Below, in pieces: positions 1 to 9,300 of a stretch of 59,412 bases of DNA (position 1 is the first letter of the stretch; the number at the start of each line of letters is the position of its first letter). Both the position numbers and the translations under genes were made by a program. Source of the DNA: an uncultured Actinomycetes bacterium (GTDB lineage: Bacteria > Actinomycetota > Actinomycetes > Nanopelagicales > Nanopelagicaceae); the NCBI GenBank assembly GCA_903844115.1, contig CAIMSI010000007.1, positions 1 through 59,412 of the forward strand, in the 5' to 3' direction. Below the pieces are notes generated by a model. That model did not search any database. It was not told the origin of the DNA and saw only the letters and a program-made list of their open reading frames with translations.

Positions 1-109
1 AAACCCAAATTCCGATTGCGATTGCTGTTAAAGAAATAGCCCAGCTGCGGGCACTCGCCGATTGCTTCTGTTTCTTATCCTTCTTACGCTTCAAAATTGA
101 CATGGCCAT
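1..109 (-). CDS. Branched-chain amino acid ABC transporter permease (LivM-like), 5' fragment running off the window
   Basis: ATG at 109-107 lies 4 nt after the livH stop (116-114). Translation is MAMSILKRKKDKKQKQSASARSWAISLTAIAIGIWV, a basic N-terminus followed by a hydrophobic segment. Position after livH fits liv operon synteny. Confidence 0.45.
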   Translation of the reverse strand, partial: MAMSILKRKKDKKQKQSASARSWAISLTAIAIGIWV

Positions 110-113
110 CAGA

Positions 114-1148
114 TCACACCTTTTCCGTTACTTGCTTGCCAAGAAGGCCAGCAGGTTTAAAGACCATCAAGAGAATCAAAATGGAGAAAACCACTGTTTG
201 AGACCACTGTTGGCCCAAGCCAATTGGTAATCCGTCGTTAAGACCTTGAATTAATCCGATGAGAATCGCACCGAGAACAGCTCCTTGGAGATTGCCGATT
301 CCACCAAGTACGGCTGATGTAAATGCAATTAGGCCTAGTTGGTATCCAAGGTTGTATGAAGTAAGTCCACGAGTCTGCTGGAAAAGAAGACCAGCCACGC
401 CGGCTAGCGCGCCACCGAGTGCAAAGGTAAAGGCAATGGTGCGATTGACGTTAATTCCCATCAAACGTGAAGCATCTTGATCTTGCGCCGTTGCGCGCAT
501 CGCACGCCCCTGACGAGTCTTGCTCACGATGAATGAGAGCGCGATGAGAATAGGAATGGTTACGGCAAATGAAATCAAAGTTGTATATGGAAGTTTTACG
601 CTTCCTAACATCGCAAATCCTGATGGTAGAACGCTATTCCAAGTCTTCTGACCAGATCCGTTCCAACGAAGACCAATAAACTGAATGATGAAAGAAACAC
701 CGACTGCAGTGATCAGAGGGGCAAGCTTTGGAGCCCGACGAAGGCGACGATAAGCAAACCGTTCGATAATTACGTTTATCGCCCCGCAAAAAACCATCAC
801 AGAGATGAGTGCAAGAGCAAAAATTAACCAACCCATCGGGCTGGACTTTGTTTGATGAAACCACAGGGCAATAAAGTGAGCCGAGAAAAGGCCACCCAGC
901 ATAAATAGATCTCCGTGTGCAAAATTAATGAGCTCGATGATTCCGTACACAAGTGTGTATCCGAGGGCAATCAGAGCGTAAAGAATTCCGTTTGAAAGTC
1001 CGATCAATGAGACTTCGGCAAATTGGGATGGAGCCTTTATAAAATTGATGACGAGCCAGAACGACAACATTCCGAGAATCGCAAAACCAAAGGTTCTTTC
1101 GATGATGACGCGGCGAGCTTGTCTGGCTTTGTAACTGGTGTTAGCCAC
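114..1148 (-). CDS. livH: Branched-chain amino acid ABC transporter permease (LivH family)
   Basis: 344-aa polytopic membrane ORF with the LivH-type NFAHGDLFMLG motif. GTG start is preceded by GAAGAGG. Confidence 0.9.
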   Translation of the reverse strand: MANTSYKARQARRVIIERTFGFAILGMLSFWLVINFIKAPSQFAEVSLIGLSNGILYALIALGYTLVYGIIELINFAHGDLFMLGGLFSAHFIALWFHQTKSSPMGWLIFALALISVMVFCGAINVIIERFAYRRLRRAPKLAPLITAVGVSFIIQFIGLRWNGSGQKTWNSVLPSGFAMLGSVKLPYTTLISFAVTIPILIALSFIVSKTRQGRAMRATAQDQDASRLMGINVNRTIAFTFALGGALAGVAGLLFQQTRGLTSYNLGYQLGLIAFTSAVLGGIGNLQGAVLGAILIGLIQGLNDGLPIGLGQQWSQTVVFSILILLMVFKPAGLLGKQVTEKV

Positions 1149-1159
1149 TAGGACCTCTT

Positions 1160-1203
1160 CTATAAGTTTTCTCTAAGTTTTATTTAGGTTTTCTTTAGGT
1201 TTT
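1160..1203. repeat. 4 tandem copies of an 11-bp unit (ctataagtttt/ctctaagtttt/atttaggtttt/ctttaggtttt)
   Basis: Read directly from the sequence. On the transcribed minus strand the unit is AAAACYTAnAG x4. The array ends about 12 nt upstream of the livH GTG. Confidence 0.9.
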
Positions 1204-1240
1204 TTTTAGCAAGAAGTGAATATCTTCAAAATAGATGAAT

Positions 1241-1262
1241 GGGGCCTGCGTTTGCAAGCCCC
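1241..1262 (-). terminator. Hairpin after the solute-binding protein gene (possible partial intrinsic terminator or attenuator)
   Basis: GGGGCCTGCGTTTGCAAGCCCC forms a 9-bp stem (one C.A mismatch) with a GTTT loop, about 40 nt after the TAA at 1304-1306. On the minus strand it is followed by ATTCATCTATTTTG. Confidence 0.5.
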
Positions 1263-1303
1263 ACCCACCATATATTTACTTGAGATTGCTCTCAATCAAG
1301 TGA

Positions 1304-2578
1304 TTACTTAACGGTCCAAGCCTTCAGGGTTGTCTCGTCGTTGTCCTTGATTACTTCGATTGTGATGTCCTTAGCAAGTGTGTCTCCAGAAAGGGTGCTG
1401 ATGCGCAATTCCTTACCGAGTACTGACTGCTTAGCTGGAATCGAGATTCCTGCGCCAGAGAAGACAGCGTTGTTAACACTCTTACGTGTTCCATCAGACT
1501 TAGCAATAGCAGCCAAGATAACTTGAACTGCAGCTACGCCGTAAATTGGGTAAGAACCGATTGGATCCTTGCCGTATGCCTTCTTGTAAGCCTTAACGAA
1601 GGTTGCGCCTGCACCCTTTGGATCGTTAGCAAGAAGAAGGTCTGTTGAAAGACCAGCGAAGCTGAGGTACATACCTTGTGCTTCAGGCATCTTGTTGAGA
1701 TCTGGGTAGCCAGTGAATCCGTCTGGACCCATGAACTTAACCTTTGTGTTATCGCCAAGAACCTTGACCTTATCCTTTACAAGCTGTCCACCGTTGTTGT
1801 CGAAAATTCCGCCAACGTAGACCATGTCAGGGTTAAGAGCAGCGATCTTTGTGAAAAGAGCTGTGTAGTCAGACTGCTTAGCATCCCAACCTTCACCAAA
1901 TGCGCCTGAAGAAAGAACGTTTAGACCGATCTTGTTTGCTTCTGTTGTGAAAGCCTGAGCAACACCTTGACCGTAAGTCTGTGTGTCATTCAAGACGTAA
2001 ACACTCTTGATGCCAATTGACTTAGCGAACTGTGCAGCTGCTGAGCCTTGGTTGTCATCTGTTGTACATACACGAGCATAGTTACGTACGCCATTTGGGT
2101 AGTAAACATCTGGCTCGCCTGGGTTCCATGACTTTGTAAGTCCTGGGTTTGTGTTTGCATCAGAAACCATGAGCATTGGGCCCTTTGGATCCTGGTTCAA
2201 AACTGGAACGATGATCTTTGCGCAACCAGAGTTGTAAGTTCCCATTACGGCAACTTCATTCTTGTTTGCTACGTGAGCTTGTGCGTTTGCTGCGCATTTA
2301 GCAGCATCCCATGAGCCAGCAGCAGCTGTCGCATCGTCATACTTCTTAAATGAAACGGTGTACTTGCCAGCCTTGTATCCAACTGACTTCAAGTACAACT
2401 CGATTGCCTTATTAGTTGAGTCATTTGAGTCAAAAGCTGAACCTTGTAGAGGCAAGTCACTTGAGATAACAAGTGTCTTTGTAGCTGCATCAGCTTGTGT
2501 GATGGTTCCAGCTACGAGAGCTGTTGCTGCAAGACCTGCTGCGGCAACTACGCCCACAAAACGATTGAGTTTTGTCAT
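1304..2578 (-). CDS. ABC transporter substrate-binding protein, Leu/Ile/Val-binding (type I PBP) family, with signal peptide
   Basis: 424 aa. N-terminal signal sequence MTKLNRFVGVVAAAGLAATALVAG..ADA. Overall resemblance to LivJ/LivK-like binding proteins and position next to livH/livM. AGGAAGG RBS. Confidence 0.85.
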   Translation of the reverse strand: MTKLNRFVGVVAAAGLAATALVAGTITQADAATKTLVISSDLPLQGSAFDSNDSTNKAIELYLKSVGYKAGKYTVSFKKYDDATAAAGSWDAAKCAANAQAHVANKNEVAVMGTYNSGCAKIIVPVLNQDPKGPMLMVSDANTNPGLTKSWNPGEPDVYYPNGVRNYARVCTTDDNQGSAAAQFAKSIGIKSVYVLNDTQTYGQGVAQAFTTEANKIGLNVLSSGAFGEGWDAKQSDYTALFTKIAALNPDMVYVGGIFDNNGGQLVKDKVKVLGDNTKVKFMGPDGFTGYPDLNKMPEAQGMYLSFAGLSTDLLLANDPKGAGATFVKAYKKAYGKDPIGSYPIYGVAAVQVILAAIAKSDGTRKSVNNAVFSGAGISIPAKQSVLGKELRISTLSGDTLAKDITIEVIKDNDETTLKAWTVK

Positions 2579-2700
2579 AGTCGTTATTTATACCTTCCTG
2601 TTTTTCATCCCGGGACAGGGAGAACGAAAGGGTATACGGGTGAGGGGAATTTCTCAACGGGAAGGAGCCCTAAATGAGCCTGCGCAGTATTAAGTTTTTG

Positions 2701-3315
2701 TTACTTCTCGGGGACTGCGTCTGGGGAAATGACCGCCTGAGCCACTTCCTTCATTGAAATTCTTCGATCCATGGCAGCCCTCTGAATCCAGCTGAAAGCA
2801 TCGGGTTCTGAGAGATTGAGGGCGGCCATAAGAATTCCCTTTGCTCGGTCAATCAATTTGCGAGTCTCCAAACGTTCATGAAGATCAGCGACTTCCGATG
2901 CCAGGCTTTTCATTTGGGCATGACGGCTGATTGCAATTTCGATTGCTGGAACCAGATCTGAAATACTAAACGGTTTAACAACATATGCCATTGCTCCGGC
3001 ATCTCGTGCTCGTTCGACCAGTTCACGCTGGCTAAATGCTGTCAACATAAGACATGGCGCAATTTCAATGATTTGTTCTGCAGCAGAAATTCCATCGAGC
3101 TCTGGCATTTTTACATCCAAGATTGCAAGATCTGGCTTATGTTCTTTTGCTAGCGCAATTGCTTCCACACCATTTGTTGCTTCTGCCACCACTGTGTACC
3201 CGGCTTCAGTCAACATCTCAACAAGGTCTAGTCGGATAATTGCTTCATCTTCGGCTACAAGAATGCGCGCTGAAACTCGCGGGCTCTCATCTTGGACTGG
3301 CTTTGCATTACTCAC
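2701..3315 (-). CDS. pdtaR: ANTAR-domain response regulator (PdtaR-like)
   Basis: CheY-like receiver (ILVAEDE...DLAILDVKMP...) plus a C-terminal ANTAR domain (ERLETRKLIDRAKGILM...AFSWIQRAAMDRR). Close resemblance to M. tuberculosis PdtaR. The only in-frame start upstream of the receiver domain is the GTG at 3315. Confidence 0.9.
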   Translation of the reverse strand: MSNAKPVQDESPRVSARILVAEDEAIIRLDLVEMLTEAGYTVVAEATNGVEAIALAKEHKPDLAILDVKMPELDGISAAEQIIEIAPCLMLTAFSQRELVERARDAGAMAYVVKPFSISDLVPAIEIAISRHAQMKSLASEVADLHERLETRKLIDRAKGILMAALNLSEPDAFSWIQRAAMDRRISMKEVAQAVISPDAVPEK

Positions 3316-3316
3316 G

Positions 3317-3389
3317 TGCCTCGAGTCGGATTTGAACCGACACTGTGCGGATTTTGAGTCCGCCCTCTCTACCGTTGGAGTACCGAGGC
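3317..3389 (-). tRNA. 73-nt class-I tRNA with anticodon CAA (Leu codon UUG); no encoded CCA; isotype uncertain
   Basis: Manual fold. Acceptor GCCTCGG/TCGAGGC, U8, D-arm CTCC-AACGGTAG-AGAG (contains GG). Anticodon stem GCGGA/TCCGC with loop CTCAAAA. Variable loop ACAGT (5 nt). T-arm GTCGG-TTCAAAT-CCGAC. Discriminator A. Confidence 0.8.
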
Positions 3390-3439
3390 ATCAATCTGGT
3401 GTGTCCCAAGTTTATAGCGAAGAAGAGATATGGGCGAAT

Positions 3440-3464
3440 TAAATAGTTAAATAGTTAAATAGTT
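3440..3464. repeat. 3 tandem copies of an 8-bp unit (taaatagt)
   Basis: Read directly from the sequence. Lies between the pyk stop (3476) and the tRNA 5' end (3389). Confidence 0.9.
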
Positions 3465-3475
3465 GAAAGGATTGA

Positions 3476-4918
3476 CTACTTGCGATAGGCAGGGGCTATG
3501 CCATCTACGGCATTACCCACCACGTGCACACGCATTGCATTTGTCGAACCAGGGATTCCCGGAGGCGCTCCAGCAATAATCATGACCGATTCACCCTTTT
3601 CCGCTCGACCCGAATCAATTAACAACGCGTCAACTTGTTTCACCATCTCATCGGTGTGATCAACAGCGAGAACGATCATCGGTTCAACTCCCCACGAGAG
3701 AGCGAGTTGGTTGTATACAGGCGTTTCAGGCGTCAGTGCCAAAATCGGAATGGGAGAACGCAATCGGGACATTCGGCGGGCCGAGTCCCCACTTTGAGTG
3801 AATGCAACTAGGTATTTCGCTCCAACAATCGCGCCTACTTCCGTAGCAGCTTTTGTAATCGCACCACCTTTTGTATGAGGTTGGTGTTGAAGCGGGGCAA
3901 TGCGATCAAGCATCGCTTCTTCAGTACGCTCAATAATGCGTCCCATAACAGTTACAGCTTCAATCGGAAATGCACCAATGCTAGTCTCACCCGAAAGCAT
4001 CAAGGCATCAGCCCCGTCGAGCACGGCATTTGCACAGTCTGTGGCTTCAGCTCGCGTTGGGGTTGAATTCACAATCATCGAGTCAAGCATTTGAGTGGCA
4101 ACAATTACTGGCTTGGCTAGTTCTCGGGCCAGAGTTATGCAACGCTTTTGAACAAGTGGTACTTCTTCGATAGGCATTTCCACCCCGAGATCACCACGGG
4201 CCACCATGATTCCGTCAAATGCGCGGACAATTTCTTCCAGGTTTTCAACGGCTTGTGGCTTTTCAATTTTTGCAATTACAGGGCGACGAATTCCTACTTC
4301 ATCCATGATGCGATGAACATCAACAATATCTGCGGCGCTGCGGACAAATGAAAGTGCGATGAAATCAGCGCCAGCCTTAAGGCCCCAGCGAAGATCTTCT
4401 TTATCTTTTTCAGAAAGCGCCGGCACAGAGACCGCTACACCTGGAAGGTTGATACCTTTGCTGTTACTCACAAATCCTGGCTGGGTCACTTTTGTGATTA
4501 CATCATTTCCTTTTACTTGGATAACTTCCACTTCAACTTTGCCATCATCAATGAGAATACGATCCCCTGTCTTGCAATCCCCTGGCAGCCCTTTGAAAGT
4601 AGTACCACATCGTTCCTTCGTGCCCTCAATATCATCTGTTGTTATTGTGAAAATATCTCCGCGAGAAAGTTCGTGTGGTCCATCCTTGAAACGCGCAAGA
4701 CGTATTTTCGGACCTTGCAAATCAACAAGAATTGCAACTGCCTTTCCCGATCGCGCTGCTGCTTCTCGTACTTGGTCTAGACGTGTTTGATGTTCGCCAT
4801 ACCCACCATGAGAAAGATTCAGACGAGCCATATTCATTCCGGCAGCAATTAATTGCTCGACCATCTCCGGCGTTTCAACTGCCGGGCCCATTGTGCAAAC
4901 TATCTTCGCTCTACGCAT
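3476..4918 (-). CDS. pyk: Pyruvate kinase
   Basis: 480 aa. N-terminus MRRAKIVCTMGPA and full-length resemblance to bacterial Pyk. TAG stop. Confidence 0.95.
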   Translation of the reverse strand: MRRAKIVCTMGPAVETPEMVEQLIAAGMNMARLNLSHGGYGEHQTRLDQVREAAARSGKAVAILVDLQGPKIRLARFKDGPHELSRGDIFTITTDDIEGTKERCGTTFKGLPGDCKTGDRILIDDGKVEVEVIQVKGNDVITKVTQPGFVSNSKGINLPGVAVSVPALSEKDKEDLRWGLKAGADFIALSFVRSAADIVDVHRIMDEVGIRRPVIAKIEKPQAVENLEEIVRAFDGIMVARGDLGVEMPIEEVPLVQKRCITLARELAKPVIVATQMLDSMIVNSTPTRAEATDCANAVLDGADALMLSGETSIGAFPIEAVTVMGRIIERTEEAMLDRIAPLQHQPHTKGGAITKAATEVGAIVGAKYLVAFTQSGDSARRMSRLRSPIPILALTPETPVYNQLALSWGVEPMIVLAVDHTDEMVKQVDALLIDSGRAEKGESVMIIAGAPPGIPGSTNAMRVHVVGNAVDGIAPAYRK

Positions 4919-4927
4919 GAGTGCAGC

Positions 4928-6385
4928 CTAAACCATCAAAGGTCGAGCTGTTGGTTCAATGGGTGAAGGTAGTTGCGTCTCGCCTACAAGGAATTTATCC
5001 ACTGATGAGGCGGCGCTTCTTCCTTCTGCAATTGCCCACACAATCAAAGATTGCCCACGACCTGCGTCACCAGCAACAAATACACCCTCAATATTGGTCG
5101 AATATTCATCATCTCGTTTAATATTTCCGCGATCGTCGAACTCAACTTCTAATTGTTGAAGTAGCTCACTCTTCTCAGGTCCGACGAATCCCATTGCAAG
5201 AAAAACAAAATCCGCTGGGATTTCTTTCTCGCTACCTGGAACTTTTTCAAATTTTCCATTTTCAAACTTACTTTCAACAATTTTAATAGCGCGTAGATTT
5301 CCTTCTGAATCTCCAAGGAATTCTTCGGTAGAGACTGCGTAAACGCGCTCTCCACCCTCTTCATGCGCGCTACTCACTCGATAAACCATTGGATATGTCG
5401 GCCAAGGTTGAGTTCCTGGTCGCTCATCAGTTGGTCGCGGCATAATCTCAAGTTGAGTAATACTCGCTGCTCCTTGACGGATAGCCGTTCCAAGGCAGTC
5501 AGCTCCGGTATCTCCGCCACCGAGAATTACCACGTGCTTTCCATGAGTATTGATTGGAGATTCCCCGTTTAGTTCTCCCAGCCCTTGCTTATTTCCCCAA
5601 GGCAAGAATTCCATTGCTTGATAAATACCATGGAGCTCGCGTCCGGGAACATTTAAATCACGCCAATTTGTTGCGCCGACAGACAGGACAATTGCGTCGT
5701 ATTTTGCCCGCAGCTGTTGCCCGGTGATGTCCACTCCTACATTTACGCCGGTGCGGAAACGAGTACCTTCACCTTCCATCTGCGTGATCCGACGATCGAC
5801 AATACTTTTTTCCATTTTGAATTCTGGAATTCCATAGCGAAGTAGACCACCTACTTTTTCAGCTCTCTCATACACAGCAACAGTGTGGCCAGCGCGAGTC
5901 AGTTGTTGAGCGGTAGCAAGTCCAGCAGGACCCGAACCAATGACTGCAACAGTCTTACCCGAAAGGCGATCAGGTGGAAGTGGATTCACATCACCGTATT
6001 CAAAAGCTTCTTCAATTGTTCGCAATTCAATCTGTTTAATAGTGACCGGGCTGTCATTAATTCCAACCACGCAAGCGGTTTCACACGGAGCTGGACACAA
6101 ACGTCCTGTGAACTCTGGGAAATTGTTTGTTGCATGCAAACGAGCAACTGCTTCTTTCTTCTCTCCGCGCCAAATGAGATCGTTCCATTCAGGAATAAGA
6201 TTTCCAAGCGGGCAACCTTGGTGACAAAATGGAATACCGCAGTCCATGCACCGGCTTGCCTGTTTTTGAAGGTGAGTAAACTCTTGAGGTTCATAGACCT
6301 CTTTCCAATCTTGGATACGCACATCGACGGGGCGCCTCGTAGGAGTTTCTCGTTTCACCGTCATGAAGCCCTTGGGATCAGTCAT
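4928..6385 (-). CDS. gltD: Glutamate synthase small subunit (NADPH)
   Basis: 485 aa. Fe-S cysteine clusters (CMDCGIPFC, CPAPCE) and the dinucleotide fold VIGSGPAG. Its ATG overlaps the gltB TAA by 1 nt. Confidence 0.95.
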   Translation of the reverse strand: MTDPKGFMTVKRETPTRRPVDVRIQDWKEVYEPQEFTHLQKQASRCMDCGIPFCHQGCPLGNLIPEWNDLIWRGEKKEAVARLHATNNFPEFTGRLCPAPCETACVVGINDSPVTIKQIELRTIEEAFEYGDVNPLPPDRLSGKTVAVIGSGPAGLATAQQLTRAGHTVAVYERAEKVGGLLRYGIPEFKMEKSIVDRRITQMEGEGTRFRTGVNVGVDITGQQLRAKYDAIVLSVGATNWRDLNVPGRELHGIYQAMEFLPWGNKQGLGELNGESPINTHGKHVVILGGGDTGADCLGTAIRQGAASITQLEIMPRPTDERPGTQPWPTYPMVYRVSSAHEEGGERVYAVSTEEFLGDSEGNLRAIKIVESKFENGKFEKVPGSEKEIPADFVFLAMGFVGPEKSELLQQLEVEFDDRGNIKRDDEYSTNIEGVFVAGDAGRGQSLIVWAIAEGRSAASSVDKFLVGETQLPSPIEPTARPLMV

Positions 6386-9300
6386 TAGATCGCCTCCATA
6401 ACTACTTTATCAACATCAAGTCCATCACGTTGTGCTCGTTCCATCGCAGCAATCACTCGGGCATAATCGCGAGGCATGACGAGTGAAATCCGATTCTTTG
6501 CTTCTTGCCAGTCATCCAATATTGCTTTTGCGATAACCGAGCCTGTTTCTGTAAAGAATACAGTGAGCATTTGCAGAACATTTTCTTCTTGATCTGCAGG
6601 CAGAGCCAGAACATCAACCATATCCGGATTAACAAGACGTTCATCTAAATCCAAAACAAAGGCCCTGCCACCAGACATTCCCGCTGCAAAATTGCGGCCG
6701 GTGCGTCCAAGTACAAGAACCTGTCCCCCGGTCATGTATTCACAACCATGATCACCAATTCCTTCAACAATTGCCGTTGCTCCAGAATTACGGACGCAGA
6801 AACGTTCGCCAACAATTCCTCTAATTAATATTTCACCACTCGTGGCACCATATCCGATTACGTTTCCAGCGATAATATTTTCTTCAGATTTGAATGTTGC
6901 TTTCTCATCTGGTCGAACAATTACGCGCCCGCCCGAAAGTCCCTTAGCCACATAGTCATTTGAATCACCGTATAAACGAAGTAGCAACCCACGTGGGATA
7001 AAGGCACCTAGTGACTGACCTGCTGATCCGTGAAGAGTGATATCAATAGTTCCGGCTGGTAATCCTTCTTCGCCATAGCGACGGGTAACTTCGGCGCCTA
7101 ACATCGTTCCAATTGTGCGATTAACATTTCGAACTTCCTTAGCGATACGAACTGGTTCACCCTTTGTGAGCGCTGAATCAGCTAAAACAATCAGCTCGTT
7201 ATCAAGAGCAGCAGCCAGTCCATGATCCTGGATTGTCGTATTTTTGCGCTCACCGGTAACAGTTGGAGCTAAAAGCAATGGCGCGAGATCAAGCCCGCTT
7301 GCCTTCCAATGATTTACCGCCTGCTTGGTATCCAATACTTCGACCTGACCAATTGCTTCTGCAAGAGTTTTAAAGCCAAGCTTTGCTAGCCATTCACGAA
7401 CTTCCTCCGCGATATATTCGAAGAATGTTTCTACGAATTCAGGCTTACCGGAGAACTTTGCCCGGAGCTCTGGATTTTGCGTAGCAACTCCAACTGGACA
7501 AGTATCGAGGTGACATACGCGCATCATTATGCAGCCCGACACAACAAGTGGCGCAGTTGCAAAACCAAATTCTTCTGCCCCGAGAAGAGCAGCGATAACG
7601 ACATCTCGACCAGTTTTCATTTGGCCATCAACTTGGACAACGATGCGATCGCGCAAACCGTTGAGCATCAACGTTTGCTGTGTCTCTGCAAGCCCGAGCT
7701 CCCACGGAGCTCCCGCATGTTTGAGGGAAGTAAGAGGAGAAGCGCCAGTTCCGCCATCATGTCCAGAAATCAAAACAACATCTGCGTGTGCCTTTGATAC
7801 ACCAGCCGCAACTGTTCCAACACCAACTTCAGCAACAAGTTTTACATGGACGCGGGCATTCTTATTGGCGTTCTTAAGGTCGTGAATGAGTTGAGCAAGA
7901 TCTTCAATGGAATAAATATCGTGATGTGGTGGTGGTGAAATCAAACCTACTCCGGGAGTGGAATAGCGAACTTTCGCTACCCACGGATACACCTTGTTTC
8001 CAGGCAGTTGACCGCCTTCACCCGGCTTGGCTCCTTGTGCCATCTTGATTTGAATATCATCAGCATTAACAAGGTAATTACTTGTGACGCCAAAACGCCC
8101 ACTAGCTACCTGTTTAATTGCAGAACGGCGCCAGTCTCCATTTGCATCCTTCTCATAACGGTCTGGGTTTTCTCCACCTTCACCACTATTTGATTTTCCA
8201 CCAATGCGGTTCATAGCAATTGCAAGATTCTCATGCGCTTCTTGAGAAATAGACCCAAAGGACATTGCTCCAGTAGCAAAGCGCTTCACAATCGCGCTGA
8301 TTGGTTCAACTTCATCTATAGAAATTGGAGGGCGAAGACCTTCTTTGAAAGTGAAAAGCCCACGAAGTGTCATCAGCTCTTTTGATTGATTATCTATTCG
8401 GCTCGTGTATCTCTTGAAAACGTCATAACGCTTAGCGCGAGTTGAATGCTGGAGAGTAAATACTGTTTCTGGATCGAAAAGATGCGGTTCACCTTCACGT
8501 CGCCATTGATATTCCCCGCCAATTTGCAACTTCTTGGAACCAGGAACTTCTCCGCCCGGAGGATAGGCAATGTGATGGCGTTTGATAGTTTCTTCGGCAA
8601 TCACATCGAGTGAGACACCGCCAAGGCGAGAAGTCAGTCCTACAAAATATTCATCAACAACTTCTTTGGATAGTCCTATAGCCTCAAAAACTTGGGCACC
8701 CGTGTAAGAAGCGATGGTTGAGATTCCCATCTTCGACATCACTTTGAGAACACCTTTGCCAAGTGATTTAATCAAATTTGCGACAGCTTTTTCAGGTGTG
8801 ATCCCTTTGATAACGCCCTGGCGAACCAAATCTTCCGCACTTTCCATGGCCAGATATGGATTTACTGCTGCGGCGCCAAAACCAATAAGCAGTGCGATGT
8901 GATGCACTTCGCGAACTTCACCCGTTTCTACAACTAGACCAACTTGGGTGCGAGTTTTTTCACGAATGAGGTGGTGATGTACAGCAGATGTCAGCAACAA
9001 CGATGGGATTGGTGCATCTTCTGAATCACCATCGCGGTCAGATAGAACAATAATGTGAGCCCCGTCTTTGATGGCTTGGGATACTTCTGCCCGAATTTCT
9101 TCAATTCGTGCACGCAACGCTTCTCCCCCACCAGCAACTGGGAAAAGTCCGCGAACAACGTGCGAGTGGAATCCTTCACGATCTCCCTCGGCATTTACGT
9201 GAATAATCTTTGCAAGTTCATCGTTATCTATCACTGGGAAATCAAGTGCGATTTGTTGGCACGATTGTGGACCGGGATCGAGCAAGTTATGTTCTGGGCC

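Noticed and set aside
2579-2700. ANTAR-type dual hexaloop hairpin or terminator in the spacer between pdtaR and the binding-protein gene
   Set aside because: I found only weak 4-bp stems and small palindromes (CTGCGCAG, CCCGGG). There is no convincing pair of hexaloop hairpins overlapping a terminator. This would need a covariance-model search to settle.
3317-3390. Reading the tRNA locus on the plus strand as tRNA-Gln (loop TTTTGAG, anticodon UUG, U1-A72)
   Set aside because: The plus-strand fold lacks G18G19 in its D-loop (ATTTGAA), and its T-loop would be ACCGTTGG. The minus strand has a canonical GG D-loop and a GGTTCAAATCC T-arm, so the gene is on the minus strand.
3317-3475. tRNA as an integration hotspot or edge of a mobile element
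   Set aside because: There is no integrase, no duplicated tRNA 3' segment and no break in conserved actinobacterial synteny (pyk / tRNA / pdtaR / BCAA-ABC) on either side.
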